From Bacteroidota bacterium (lineage in GTDB: Bacteria > Bacteroidota > Bacteroidia > Flavobacteriales > Flavobacteriaceae): a DNA stretch of 64,000 nt. Below are positions 55,523 through 64,000 of this stretch, piece after piece (the first letter of the stretch is position 1; the number at the start of each line of letters is the position of its first letter). The DNA is taken from positions 50,044-114,043 of the forward strand of contig JBJOFE010000001.1 of the NCBI GenBank assembly GCA_046048915.1, read 5' to 3'. Under the pieces are notes generated by a model that saw only the letters and a program-made list of their open reading frames with translations, was not told where the DNA came from and searched no databases. Both the position numbers and the translations under genes were made by a program.

Positions 55523-58500
55523 TTATTTTGTGATGTATAACCATCCCTGCGCATCAATACTACCATCTCCTCCTAAATCAATTTGATAGTAATAAGACCC
55601 TGATGTTGGGAGTTTTTCATCGTAATCTTTATAGTGTCCATCCCAATCATTTTTATAATCGTTAGAATAGAATACTTCTTTACCCCATCTGTTAAATACA
55701 CGAACTATAGTGCCTGGATGATTTTCGATATTATAAATAACCCAAGTGTCGTTAATGCCATCTCCATTTGGAGTGATTGCTTGAGCAATATTTAACTCCA
55801 TTGTGTCACAAACATCCCCCAAACCATCTTGATCTCTGTCGGCTTGATTTGAGTTAGGAGTAATTGGACAGTTGTCATTAGTATCTAAAACACCGTCGTT
55901 GTCATCGTCGTTATCACAGACATCTCCTTTCCCATCTTTATCATTATCCGCTTGATTCGCATTTGGGGTTAATGGACAATTGTCCAGGTTATCGGCAATA
56001 CCATCGTTATCTGCATCTAAATCTTTAAAATCAGGTATTCCATCACCATCGGTATCTTTTGGAGTAGTCCCAGTTCCTTTTTCTTGAGCATCTGTTGTAC
56101 CGTCATTATCAGAATCCAAATCTCTAAAATCAGGTGTGCCATCTCCATCTGTATCTAAAGGAGTAGATCCAGTGCCTTTTTCTTGAGTATCTGTAATTCC
56201 ATCATTATCAGAATCCAAATCTCTAAAATCTGGCGTTCCATCGCCATCTGTATCTAAAGGAGTAGATCCCGTACCTTTTTCTTGAGCATCAGTCAATCCG
56301 TCGTTGTCAGAATCCAAATCCCTAAAGTCAGGAATGCCATCTCCATCTGTATCTCGTAGTGTAGTTCCCGTTCCTTTTTCTTGAGCATCAGTCAATCCAT
56401 CATTATCAGAATCTAAATCTCTAAAGTCAGGAATGCCGTCTCCATCTGTATCTAAAGGAGTAGAACCAGTGCCTTTTTCTTGAGCATCAGTCAATCCATC
56501 ATTATCAGAATCTAAATCTCTAAAATCTGGTGTTCCATCGCCATCTGTATCTAAAGGAGATGTTCCGGTGCCTTTTTCTTGGGCATCAGTCAATCCGTCG
56601 TTGTCAGAATCCAAATCTCTAAAGTCATGAATACCGTCACCATCTGTATCGGCGTATGCTTCAATACTATTATTTATTCCGTCTCCATCACAATCAGCTG
56701 TATTCCATGAAATGCTAGGTGCAAGCGTTTGACTTGCTATGATAAAATCACACCAATCTGTTGGAGATGTCCCGTCTAAAATTTCTTGATTATCTAGAAC
56801 CCCATCACCATCAGCATCTTCATCAACATCATTAATTGTAATTGTTAATACCTCCTCAAAAGTTAATCCCCCTGCATCGGTAGTTTTAACTCTCAGACTG
56901 TAGCTAGATTTTGTCTCAAAGTCAAATGTAATTCCTGCTTTGATTTGATTTCCTACAATGCTAAAACTTGCATTGTCTGTTGCTCCGGCTCCGCTTACTA
57001 AAGTATAGGAATGCGTATCGCCTGTGTCTGCATCTGTACTGCTTAAGTTACCAATAACTGCATTAACTACATTATTTTCGTTAATTGTATTGGCACTTAA
57101 AGTAATATTAGTTGGTGCTGCGTTTACTACAACAGCTATTGTTTTTGTTGCAGATGTAACCACACAAGGATCATTTGTCATCCCTCCAAACTCAACTACA
57201 TATCCTTGTATTCCTGATGAAGATAGCGGAAAATCATTCCATGTACCATTTGACATAAAATGGGCATAATCTTCTCCCGAACCATAATCATTAGGTTCGC
57301 CAGAATACCAATTATTGTACAATCCACCTACTACGCTTCCATTACTTCTCCCTTGCCAAAACTGTGTGCCTGCCTCTGGCCCTGTCATCCATTTCCAATT
57401 GTCTTCTGTTTGACTGTCAGCGGCTCCCATCCAACCTTGTCCTTGAATTTTTGAAACGATAAACTGATTCTCAGCAGCAGAAGTAACTGTGGCTAAATAT
57501 CCTTGTTTACCAAAGAAAGTTAGTTGCTCAGCTGCTGTTTTTGCAGCTGTCCAAGAAATTCCAGAAGCGGTAATAAATTGATAAAAGTGATTGTTAGTAC
57601 TTAACGGTAAAGCAGCTCCTAAGTTAAAAGTAACTGTTCTGTTTAGTGCGCTGTTTGAGGTCGAGTTGAATTTTACCTCTCTGTAAATAGCTTGCAATTC
57701 AGCAGCTGTTAAACTTCCTGTAAAAGTCAATACCCCTGTAGAATTATTGTAACTTTTAGTAACTCCTGTTGGTAAAGATCCTGTATAGGATAATACATCC
57801 CCACTTGCAAATCCTGAACTAATGATTACCAAAGCACCATCAATAGCAGTTGGATTAGTTACCGTAATTTGATTGTCGATTACTGAAGCTGTACTAGATG
57901 TTAAACTCGGTACTCCCGAACTAGTTACAATTCGATCTTGAGCCACCTCAACATCAAAAGTTTCGTTGGCAACTCCACCTGAAGCATCTGTTACAGTAAT
58001 TGTTACAGTTGATGTGCCTAAAACTCCTGCAGCAGTAGTATAATTTATTGTTCTAGCTCCTGTTGTACCTGAGAAGCTAATATTAGCAACCGGCAATAAA
58101 GCCGTATCACTTGATGTAACACTAAGAGTTAAATTCGCTGCTGAGGTCTCCGCATCTGCAATTACAAAATTAACTGGTGATGGGGTGCCGGTTGAACACA
58201 ATATCTGATTTGAAATTGAAGAGATGGTAGGTAACGTATTTACTGTAAGGGTAGTTGAAATAGTATTGGATGCTGCTCCTGGTCCAATGGTATTTACTGC
58301 ACGTAGTTGAAACGGATAGGTTGTACCGTTTGTCAAGCCGCTTACCGTTACTGGTGAACTTGTGGTTACTGGTGAAAAAGCCGTCCAAGTGGTTCCGCCA
58401 TCAGTGGTGTATTCATAATTAGTGATCGCAGATCCTCCGTTTGAAGTAGGCGCTGTAAAATTAATTGTTGCAGTACCCGCATTATTGGTTATTGATGTAA

Positions 58501-61500
58501 TTGTTGGCGCAGAAGGAATAGTAGCAGATGCTGCTCCATATCCAGTTCCTGTAGTAATATTGTCTACTTCGAAACCACCTCCGCCAATATTTTGCTTGAA
58601 TTCTAATCGTGTAAATGTAATGTTAGGATTGTCTAACTGTAAATTAATATAGGCAGATGATGACGAATTGAAACTATTTTGGTAGGATGACGAAGAATAA
58701 TTATTTCCATCGATAGCATTTACCGTGCCTGATGATAATAATGTAGTCACTGTTGATCCAGAAAATTGAGCCAGTTGAATTTCATTTCCACCACAAGTTC
58801 CATATATTGTAACTTGATTATCATTGTCGCCACCTGCCCACCAAAAACCTAAATATTTAGAAGGATCTGTAAGTGTAATATTCACAATTCCGCCGGACAT
58901 AACACCAAGATACGTTGACAAAGTAGTCGAATTCGGTAATGGGGCACCATAGTAGATATTTGTAGTATAATTTGCTGAACCTGTTTTTGTAAAAGTACCT
59001 ATGGTATAAGTCCCTGTAGTAGGAATACCCCCATCTGTAAATGAGTTAAAATTTTCTGTCAATGTCCCCACTTGACCTTGAATAGCTGAGGTAGATACAT
59101 TAGGTGGAGATAATTTTAACTGTAAATTAGGTAAACCACTAACCGTTCCTGTAACCGCTACGTTTTGAGAAGCTGATCCTGAAACTACAGTTATATTTCC
59201 ACTTGGGGTTCCTGTTGCTGAAGCTGCCAGTCGCACATAAACGGGAGTTGCACTTAGGGTTCCTAAAGCGTTAATAGTAACAGTAGCGCCATAACCGGAC
59301 GCACTTATTAATGAAACTTCATATCCTGTAGGTGCCGTAACCGTAACGTTAGAGGCTAAATCGGTTCCTGAAACCGTAAACGATTGTGCTGTAGAAGCTG
59401 AACCTTGACAAGCAGTGAAAGCCGATAAACTAGAAACAGAATTTGTTACTACAGGAGTCGCAACAGAGACAGCTGTAAAAGTAACACTTGCGGTCGCTGT
59501 AGCGGTAGTTCCATTAATGCTAAACCCTAAAGTCGCTGTTCCTGCTGTACTACTACTAGTTAAAGTAATCGTATACGTTCCGTTACCATTGTCTGTTACA
59601 GATCCCAAAGTTCCCGCAGATGTAGTTACAACAACCGTACCTCCAGTTGATGTTAAATTAGCATTAGAGCTGTCTTTCAATTGAACTGTAATCGTCGAAG
59701 TCGTTGTTCCGTTAGCGAGAATACTTGTTGGATTGGCAGTAATCGTTGATTTAGTTGGATCGGCTGCAATTGGAACTGCACCACAAAGTGATATTGTTGG
59801 AGTATTATTGCAATCAAAAGATGTTACATCACCTGAAGAAGATGTACTTTCTCCCATAGAACCATTTGTTCTATGACCAACATAGCAAAACTTCGTAGAG
59901 CCCTCTTTAACATAAACTAAAGTATGCCCTCCTAATTCAGCAAAAATTGCTTTATCTGTTCCTAATGTAAATCCTGTTGGAACACCAGGATCATAAACTG
60001 TTGTATCTGAAATTCTACCCAACATAAATCCATCGTTGTCTCCCCAAGTGTATAACCCTCCTGTATTGGTTATTGCTGCCACACCCGCCATTTTTGCAGT
60101 ATGCTCTTGGGTGGTGAAAAAGGAAATATTTGAAAAATTAGTCGAAATATTCTGTTTAACATTTACCCAAGATGTTCTTTCTGTTGTTGTAAAGTCTCCA
60201 CATTGTCTATAGGTATTATTCCCTAATGCATATAAACTTCCTGAATTACTTAAAACATAAAGAGTATTAGAAATACTAGAAATAGTACTACCTGTAACAC
60301 CAATCATTTTTGGTAAATTAACATTTGTAAACTCTACCGGAAGGGTCATTAAAGTAGCGTAGTTTTTAGCTACACTTGCTGTATTGTTTCCTAAATAGGT
60401 AGAAGAACCCCAAGTATATATTTGACCTGAAGCTGTTAAAGCCATCATCGCATTTTTAGTAGTGCTACTAAATTGACCACGTGCTGCGATAACATTTGTT
60501 AAATCCGTCGAAGCATTAATTTTTACTTTATGCCAAGTTGTAGCCGCTAAAGTAGCTCCATTGCCCTGCAAATTAGGATCTAAATTAACTAACATCCATA
60601 CATTTCCATTAGCTACAATTACTAATGTTTGATACATTGCTTCCATCATTGTCACATCTGTAGGACTTACTCCTAATGGCAACTTCGTGTTTGGATCTCC
60701 TCCAATTGGAGTATTAATCAAACCAAATGCGGTTGAGTTTTTTAATCCTGTGTTTAAAACAGCGCCTGTTTTACCCCAAGCATACAAACCAGTTGTAGAC
60801 AAAGCGAAATACTGATCATTCCCGCCGCTTCCAATACCTCCCATTGAGGTATGTAAGACTGTCCCAGTAAGGGAAGAATAATTGGTCGAATTTATTGCTA
60901 GAGGTGGAGCTACATCTGAAGTACCATTGCTACCTATGTCTTGTCCCCAAACCAAAAAATCTCCATTCGAACTTAATGCCATTGAAGAATGATAACCACT
61001 TACGATTTTGTCGTATTTTCTATTCACGTCACAATTTGAAGCAGGTACTGTAATAGTTACTTCGCCTGTTGTACTGTCACTTAAAGTATAACCTGCTGAA
61101 TTTATAATTGTAGCGGTAACTGAGTAGGTACTTCCAGCAATTAAAGCTGTTGAAACTGGTAAAGACCAAGTATTTCCAGAGACTACCAATCCATCAACTG
61201 TTGTATACAAAGTTCCATTAACTATTACTGACAGTGTTTCTCCACTTATTAAAGTAACTGTTCCTGTTATTGTTGGCGTACCGTCTGTTGTTGTTTGTGG
61301 TGTTACTGTAACGGGTCCGTTTGGATTTAGACCCTGTGTTGTATTTAAATAATCGTTTAAATCGTCTAACAAATTTTGTCCAGTAGCAGCGTTACCAGAC
61401 TCTGAAGTATTGTTAACATAAGTTATTGGCCGATCTATTCTGTTAAATCCTAAATTACTTGAAGCATTTAATGTATAACTATTGAATGTGATTGGAGAGA

Positions 61501-61882
61501 TAGATGATGAAGGAATAATTCCAAAAGAATTAACTGTAGATCCCGTAGTTTGTCTCCACACTATAGCTCCAGGAAATTCAATAATTTGACCTGAAGACAA
61601 CTGTAATCGAATAGTTCCTGAAATATCATTCCCTTGCAATTGAAAACTTCCAGAATTAGACTGCTGAACGAAAAATGCTTTTGTAATACCAAGCGTAGCA
61701 AAAGTCTTAATTGAGGTGGCTGATTGTGAATTACTGCCTACTACTCCGATAAACCCATTGCTAAAAGGAACGCTTAATTCTACTGTTTGAGAATGAAGTG
61801 CTGTTGAAAAAAATATTGAAAAAATCAATATTGCTTTTGTAAAATGGTGTTGAATTCTTGAAATACCTTTTCTGATTTCCAT
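55523..61882 (-). CDS. Giant adhesin with a T9SS type-B sorting domain (adhesin 4, 2119 aa)
   Basis: A single ORF with a signal peptide. It contains an RCC1-like propeller, Big_1, FN3, a C-type lectin, a cadherin-like domain and TSP3 repeats. The C-terminal CHU_C motif is [22 protein letters not shown]... Confidence 0.9.
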   Translation of the reverse strand: MEIRKGISRIQHHFTKAILIFSIFFSTALHSQTVELSVPFSNGFIGVVGSNSQSATSIKTFATLGITKAFFVQQSNSGSFQLQGNDISGTIRLQLSSGQIIEFPGAIVWRQTTGSTVNSFGIIPSSSISPITFNSYTLNASSNLGFNRIDRPITYVNNTSESGNAATGQNLLDDLNDYLNTTQGLNPNGPVTVTPQTTTDGTPTITGTVTLISGETLSVIVNGTLYTTVDGLVVSGNTWSLPVSTALIAGSTYSVTATIINSAGYTLSDSTTGEVTITVPASNCDVNRKYDKIVSGYHSSMALSSNGDFLVWGQDIGSNGTSDVAPPLAINSTNYSSLTGTVLHTSMGGIGSGGNDQYFALSTTGLYAWGKTGAVLNTGLKNSTAFGLINTPIGGDPNTKLPLGVSPTDVTMMEAMYQTLVIVANGNVWMLVNLDPNLQGNGATLAATTWHKVKINASTDLTNVIAARGQFSSTTKNAMMALTASGQIYTWGSSTYLGNNTASVAKNYATLMTLPVEFTNVNLPKMIGVTGSTISSISNTLYVLSNSGSLYALGNNTYRQCGDFTTTERTSWVNVKQNISTNFSNISFFTTQEHTAKMAGVAAITNTGGLYTWGDNDGFMLGRISDTTVYDPGVPTGFTLGTDKAIFAELGGHTLVYVKEGSTKFCYVGHRTNGSMGESTSSSGDVTSFDCNNTPTISLCGAVPIAADPTKSTITANPTSILANGTTTSTITVQLKDSSNANLTSTGGTVVVTTSAGTLGSVTDNGNGTYTITLTSSSTAGTATLGFSINGTTATATASVTFTAVSVATPVVTNSVSSLSAFTACQGSASTAQSFTVSGTDLASNVTVTAPTGYEVSLISASGYGATVTINALGTLSATPVYVRLAASATGTPSGNITVVSGSASQNVAVTGTVSGLPNLQLKLSPPNVSTSAIQGQVGTLTENFNSFTDGGIPTTGTYTIGTFTKTGSANYTTNIYYGAPLPNSTTLSTYLGVMSGGIVNITLTDPSKYLGFWWAGGDNDNQVTIYGTCGGNEIQLAQFSGSTVTTLLSSGTVNAIDGNNYSSSSYQNSFNSSSSAYINLQLDNPNITFTRLEFKQNIGGGGFEVDNITTGTGYGAASATIPSAPTITSITNNAGTATINFTAPTSNGGSAITNYEYTTDGGTTWTAFSPVTTSSPVTVSGLTNGTTYPFQLRAVNTIGPGAASNTISTTLTVNTLPTISSISNQILCSTGTPSPVNFVIADAETSAANLTLSVTSSDTALLPVANISFSGTTGARTINYTTAAGVLGTSTVTITVTDASGGVANETFDVEVAQDRIVTSSGVPSLTSSTASVIDNQITVTNPTAIDGALVIISSGFASGDVLSYTGSLPTGVTKSYNNSTGVLTFTGSLTAAELQAIYREVKFNSTSNSALNRTVTFNLGAALPLSTNNHFYQFITASGISWTAAKTAAEQLTFFGKQGYLATVTSAAENQFIVSKIQGQGWMGAADSQTEDNWKWMTGPEAGTQFWQGRSNGSVVGGLYNNWYSGEPNDYGSGEDYAHFMSNGTWNDFPLSSSGIQGYVVEFGGMTNDPCVVTSATKTIAVVVNAAPTNITLSANTINENNVVNAVIGNLSSTDADTGDTHSYTLVSGAGATDNASFSIVGNQIKAGITFDFETKSSYSLRVKTTDAGGLTFEEVLTITINDVDEDADGDGVLDNQEILDGTSPTDWCDFIIASQTLAPSISWNTADCDGDGINNSIEAYADTDGDGIHDFRDLDSDNDGLTDAQEKGTGTSPLDTDGDGTPDFRDLDSDNDGLTDAQEKGTGSTPLDTDGDGIPDFRDLDSDNDGLTDAQEKGTGTTLRDTDGDGIPDFRDLDSDNDGLTDAQEKGTGSTPLDTDGDGTPDFRDLDSDNDGITDTQEKGTGSTPLDTDGDGTPDFRDLDSDNDGTTDAQEKGTGTTPKDTDGDGIPDFKDLDADNDGIADNLDNCPLTPNANQADNDKDGKGDVCDNDDDNDGVLDTNDNCPITPNSNQADRDQDGLGDVCDTMELNIAQAITPNGDGINDTWVIYNIENHPGTIVRVFNRWGKEVFYSNDYKNDWDGHYKDYDEKLPTSGSYYYQIDLGGDGSIDAQGWLYITK
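55985..56652 (-). repeat. 99-bp-period in-frame array (six full units plus one partial of a 33-aa double TSP3 unit)
   Basis: The unit is DTDGDG(I/T)[22 protein letters not shown](S/T)TP(L/R/K). The DNA word ccatctgtatctaaaggagtagatcc recurs about 99 bp apart. Confidence 0.8.
56822..57122 (-). other. Cadherin-like domain of adhesin 4 (approximate)
   Basis: APTNITLS...[21 protein letters not shown]...FSI.GN.I......DFE....Y.L.V..TD.GG......[10 protein letters not shown]. Confidence 0.7.
57181..57592 (-). other. C-type lectin-like domain with EPN and WND motifs (approximate)
   Basis: [23 protein letters not shown]...[14 protein letters not shown]...[19 protein letters not shown]...[31 protein letters not shown]...GYVVEFGG. 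The EPN codons are at 57290-57298 and the WND codons at 57233-57241. Confidence 0.75.
58255..58520 (-). other. Fibronectin type III domain of adhesin 4 (approximate)
   Basis: PSAPTITSI....[31 protein letters not shown]......[23 protein letters not shown]. Confidence 0.75.
59475..59768 (-). other. Bacterial Ig-like domain, group 1 (invasin/intimin type) (approximate)
   Basis: [36 protein letters not shown]...[35 protein letters not shown]. Confidence 0.65.
59850..61035 (-). other. RCC1-like repeat beta-propeller region of adhesin 4 (approximate)
   Basis: Recurrent segments: [87 protein letters not shown]. Confidence 0.6.
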
Positions 61883-62012
61883 AAAAATAAAAAATTAACA
61901 ATTTAAAGTGGCCGAAATAATTGTCTGTAGGGCTTGACATTTAATTTCTAAAAATGGGAATTCCAAATAAATTCTTGCAAAGAAATATATTAAAACAAAA
62001 AATAATCTCTAA

Positions 62013-62103
62013 GTGTCCTAAAAATTTGTCCTGCAAAATAAAATTTTAGACACATTTTAGAATATGCAGCAAAAATGAAATAATTAATTTTATTCTATAT
62101 TTG
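62013..62103. promoter_or_regulatory. Divergent control region 3: two TGTCC half-sites, the TTGTCC...GACAC palindrome-like element, and a TATATTTG -7 box
   Basis: gtgtcc lies at 62013-62018, and tttgtcctgcaaaataaaattttagacac at 62025-62053. The -7 box at 62096-62103 is 21 nt upstream of the regulator ATG. Confidence 0.5.
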
Positions 62104-62123
62104 TTAGCGTAAATACCTAAAAA

Positions 62124-63275
62124 ATGCTATTATACATATCTCTTTTTACTATTCTTATAGCGATAGTACTCTTCTATTTCAACTGGAGAACTAATAAAAA
62201 CATATTGTTGTTATCATCCGTTTTTGTGCTGACATCTCTTTTTGGAATTAGCCACTATTTTATGGCTTTAGATGATTCGCGTTTTTGGCTAGCGGTGTTC
62301 TATAACCACTTTTCACCTTTGATGTTTCTCATTGGACCATTACTCTATTTTTATGTTCGAAACACCTTATATGAATATACTCTTTTAAGAAAAAAAGATT
62401 GGATCCATTTTCTGCCTGCAGCAATAGCTTTAATCGGTAGTCTCCCATATATTTTGCAGCCATTCCATAAAAAATTAGAAATCGCTAACCAAATTATTCA
62501 AGATCTAGATTCGTTTCAAAAAATAGAAATCAATCTTTTTTATGATATGGGTCAGAGTTTTGCTTTGCGGTGTTTATTAGCTTTTTTATACTTGATCTAT
62601 AGCGGCTATCTTGTCTTTAAAACAAATGTGAAAGAAAAGAAAAAACAATACCCCAAAAAACAGTATTTGATCATTTATAGATGGATAATTATTTTCTTGA
62701 CTTGTTTTATGTTACTGTTTGTTATTTTTATATTGCTCACATTTAATGCAATCGAGACTACTCCAAGCGAAACCATAAAAGAAGGGTATTATTTATATGT
62801 TCTAGCAGCTGTATTATATAGTGTAATGTCTTTTTCCCTTTTATTGTTTCCAGAAATTTTATATGGGATTCAAAAAAAACCTAGTTTGAATTTGACTGCA
62901 AACAAAATTAGTAACAACCCTGAGGAAGATCCTTTATATGCATTGTCCAATAAAATTGTAGTATACCTAGAAAAAGAAAAGCCATATCTAAACTATAATT
63001 TTTCAATAAGCGATATTTCTTTACACCTTCAAGTGCCGCAAAAAAGTGTGTCTTATTGTATCACTTTTTTACTTAACACTAAATTTTCTAAATTAAAAAA
63101 TCAATTGCGGGTACAACACGCTATTGAATTACTAACAGAAAGTAATCTTTCAACATTAACGATAGAAAGCGTTGGTAAACAATCTGGGTTTAAAACCCGA
63201 TCCAATTTCTATACTGCATTCAAGGAAGAAACTGGTGTGACACCAAATGAATATTCTAAAAAAATAAATAAATAG
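62124..63275 (+). CDS. Membrane-embedded AraC-type regulator, paralog of 43354-44547
   Basis: 383 aa with the same architecture and a conserved N-terminus (MLLY.S.FTIL...FWLAVFYNHF.P.M.L.GPLL.FYVR.TL). The C-terminal HTH_AraC reads GKQSGFKTRSNFYTAFKEETGVTPNEY. Confidence 0.85.
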   Translation: MLLYISLFTILIAIVLFYFNWRTNKNILLLSSVFVLTSLFGISHYFMALDDSRFWLAVFYNHFSPLMFLIGPLLYFYVRNTLYEYTLLRKKDWIHFLPAAIALIGSLPYILQPFHKKLEIANQIIQDLDSFQKIEINLFYDMGQSFALRCLLAFLYLIYSGYLVFKTNVKEKKKQYPKKQYLIIYRWIIIFLTCFMLLFVIFILLTFNAIETTPSETIKEGYYLYVLAAVLYSVMSFSLLLFPEILYGIQKKPSLNLTANKISNNPEEDPLYALSNKIVVYLEKEKPYLNYNFSISDISLHLQVPQKSVSYCITFLLNTKFSKLKNQLRVQHAIELLTESNLSTLTIESVGKQSGFKTRSNFYTAFKEETGVTPNEYSKKINK

Positions 63276-63466
63276 CGCTTATTTATGTTGTACTATTTTT
63301 ATGTAATCTAACGGTATCGTTTCTTTTTTATCCCCTATTTAGATTCAAAAATTTACAAAAAAATTCTCTTGTGAGTTCAAAAAAAACCCTATTTTTACGA
63401 AACCATTCAGAAGAGATAAAACCCTTTTATTTCTTAAAATTGACAACCTAATAGATACATAAAAAG

Positions 63467-64000
63467 ATGAGTTCAGAGAAAGAAGCCAAGTTAAAAGCGT
63501 TACAACTTACGCTGGATAAACTAGACAAAACCTACGGAAAAGGCACCGTGATGAAAATGGGCGATAAAGCCGTAGAAGAAGTAGAAGTGATTTCATCTGG
63601 ATCTCTTGGTGTCGATTTAGCATTAGGCGTGGGTGGTTATCCAAAAGGAAGGATTATAGAAATCTACGGACCAGAATCTTCTGGTAAAACCACTTTAACC
63701 TTACATGCTATTGCCGAAGCGCAAAAAGCAGGCGGAATCGCAGCCTTTATCGATGCAGAACATGCTTTCGACAGAAATTATGCTGAGAAATTAGGCGTTG
63801 ATATCGAAAACTTAATCATTTCGCAACCCGATAATGGAGAACAAGCTCTAGAAATTGCGGAGAACTTAATTCGTTCTGGAGCGATTGATATTGTGGTTAT
63901 TGACTCGGTAGCTGCCTTGACGCCAAAAAGTGAAATTGAAGGCGAAATGGGAGATTCTAAAATGGGTCTTCACGCACGTTTGATGTCACAAGCGTTGCGC
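63467..64000 (+). CDS. recA: Recombinase A, 5' partial (runs off the window end)
   Basis: The translation [33 protein letters not shown]...[13 protein letters not shown]...IDAEHAFD...VVIDSVAAL is unmistakably RecA. The ATG is at 63467 and the frame is still open at 64000. Confidence 0.95.
   Translation, partial: MSSEKEAKLKALQLTLDKLDKTYGKGTVMKMGDKAVEEVEVISSGSLGVDLALGVGGYPKGRIIEIYGPESSGKTTLTLHAIAEAQKAGGIAAFIDAEHAFDRNYAEKLGVDIENLIISQPDNGEQALEIAENLIRSGAIDIVVIDSVAALTPKSEIEGEMGDSKMGLHARLMSQALR

Noticed and set aside
20718-63275. The adhesin region as a horizontally acquired mobile genomic island
   Set aside because: I saw no integrase, transposase, conjugation gene, flanking tRNA or terminal direct repeats. 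Housekeeping genes (holB, thioesterase) are interspersed and recA follows directly. In-place duplication and shuffling fit better.

Overview
Low-GC Bacteroidota (Flavobacteriia-type) chromosomal segment, judged from PorP/SprF genes, T9SS type-B C-terminal sorting domains and TAnnTTTG -7 promoter boxes. The window has three parts. (1) 14-9021 is a nearly complete heme-biosynthesis cluster: hemB, an inserted four-helix-bundle gene, and hemF-hemE-hemD-hemC-hemA on the minus strand, facing an AraC-family regulator, hemH and hemJ on the plus strand. (2) 9.0-20.5 kb plus 24.9-27.0 kb holds ordinary housekeeping genes: a histidine kinase, enoyl-CoA hydratase, HD hydrolase, an acyl-ACP desaturase with PlsC, rnpA, OmpA proteins, a GNAT, a LysM lytic transglycosylase, pgk, holB and a thioesterase. 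(3) 20.7-63.3 kb carries four minus-strand cell-surface adhesin modules. Each module is a large protein ending in a T9SS type-B (CHU_C) sorting domain (967, 4286, 2927 and 2119 aa; together about 48% of the window), followed by its own PorP/SprF gene. Three of the modules face a divergent control region with an A/T-rich TTGTC...GACAA palindrome. Two of those regions drive an intact multi-pass-membrane AraC-type regulator. In the third, that regulator is reduced to its promoter plus its last ~60 bp. The adhesins are mosaics of eukaryote-like extracellular domains: FG-GAP propeller, discoidin, IPT, thrombospondin type-3 arrays, LamG, ALK/LTK-like glycine-rich domains, RCC1 propeller, FN3, cadherin, and a C-type lectin with EPN/WND motifs. 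They also contain perfectly identical internal duplications of 493 bp and 746 bp. The window ends in the 5' part of recA. I found no rRNA, tRNA, CRISPR array, transposase or integrase. The best candidate for an undescribed system is the repeated unit of membrane-embedded AraC regulator, palindromic operator, giant type-B adhesin and cognate PorP/SprF. All domain calls come from motif recognition by eye and all domain coordinates are approximate.
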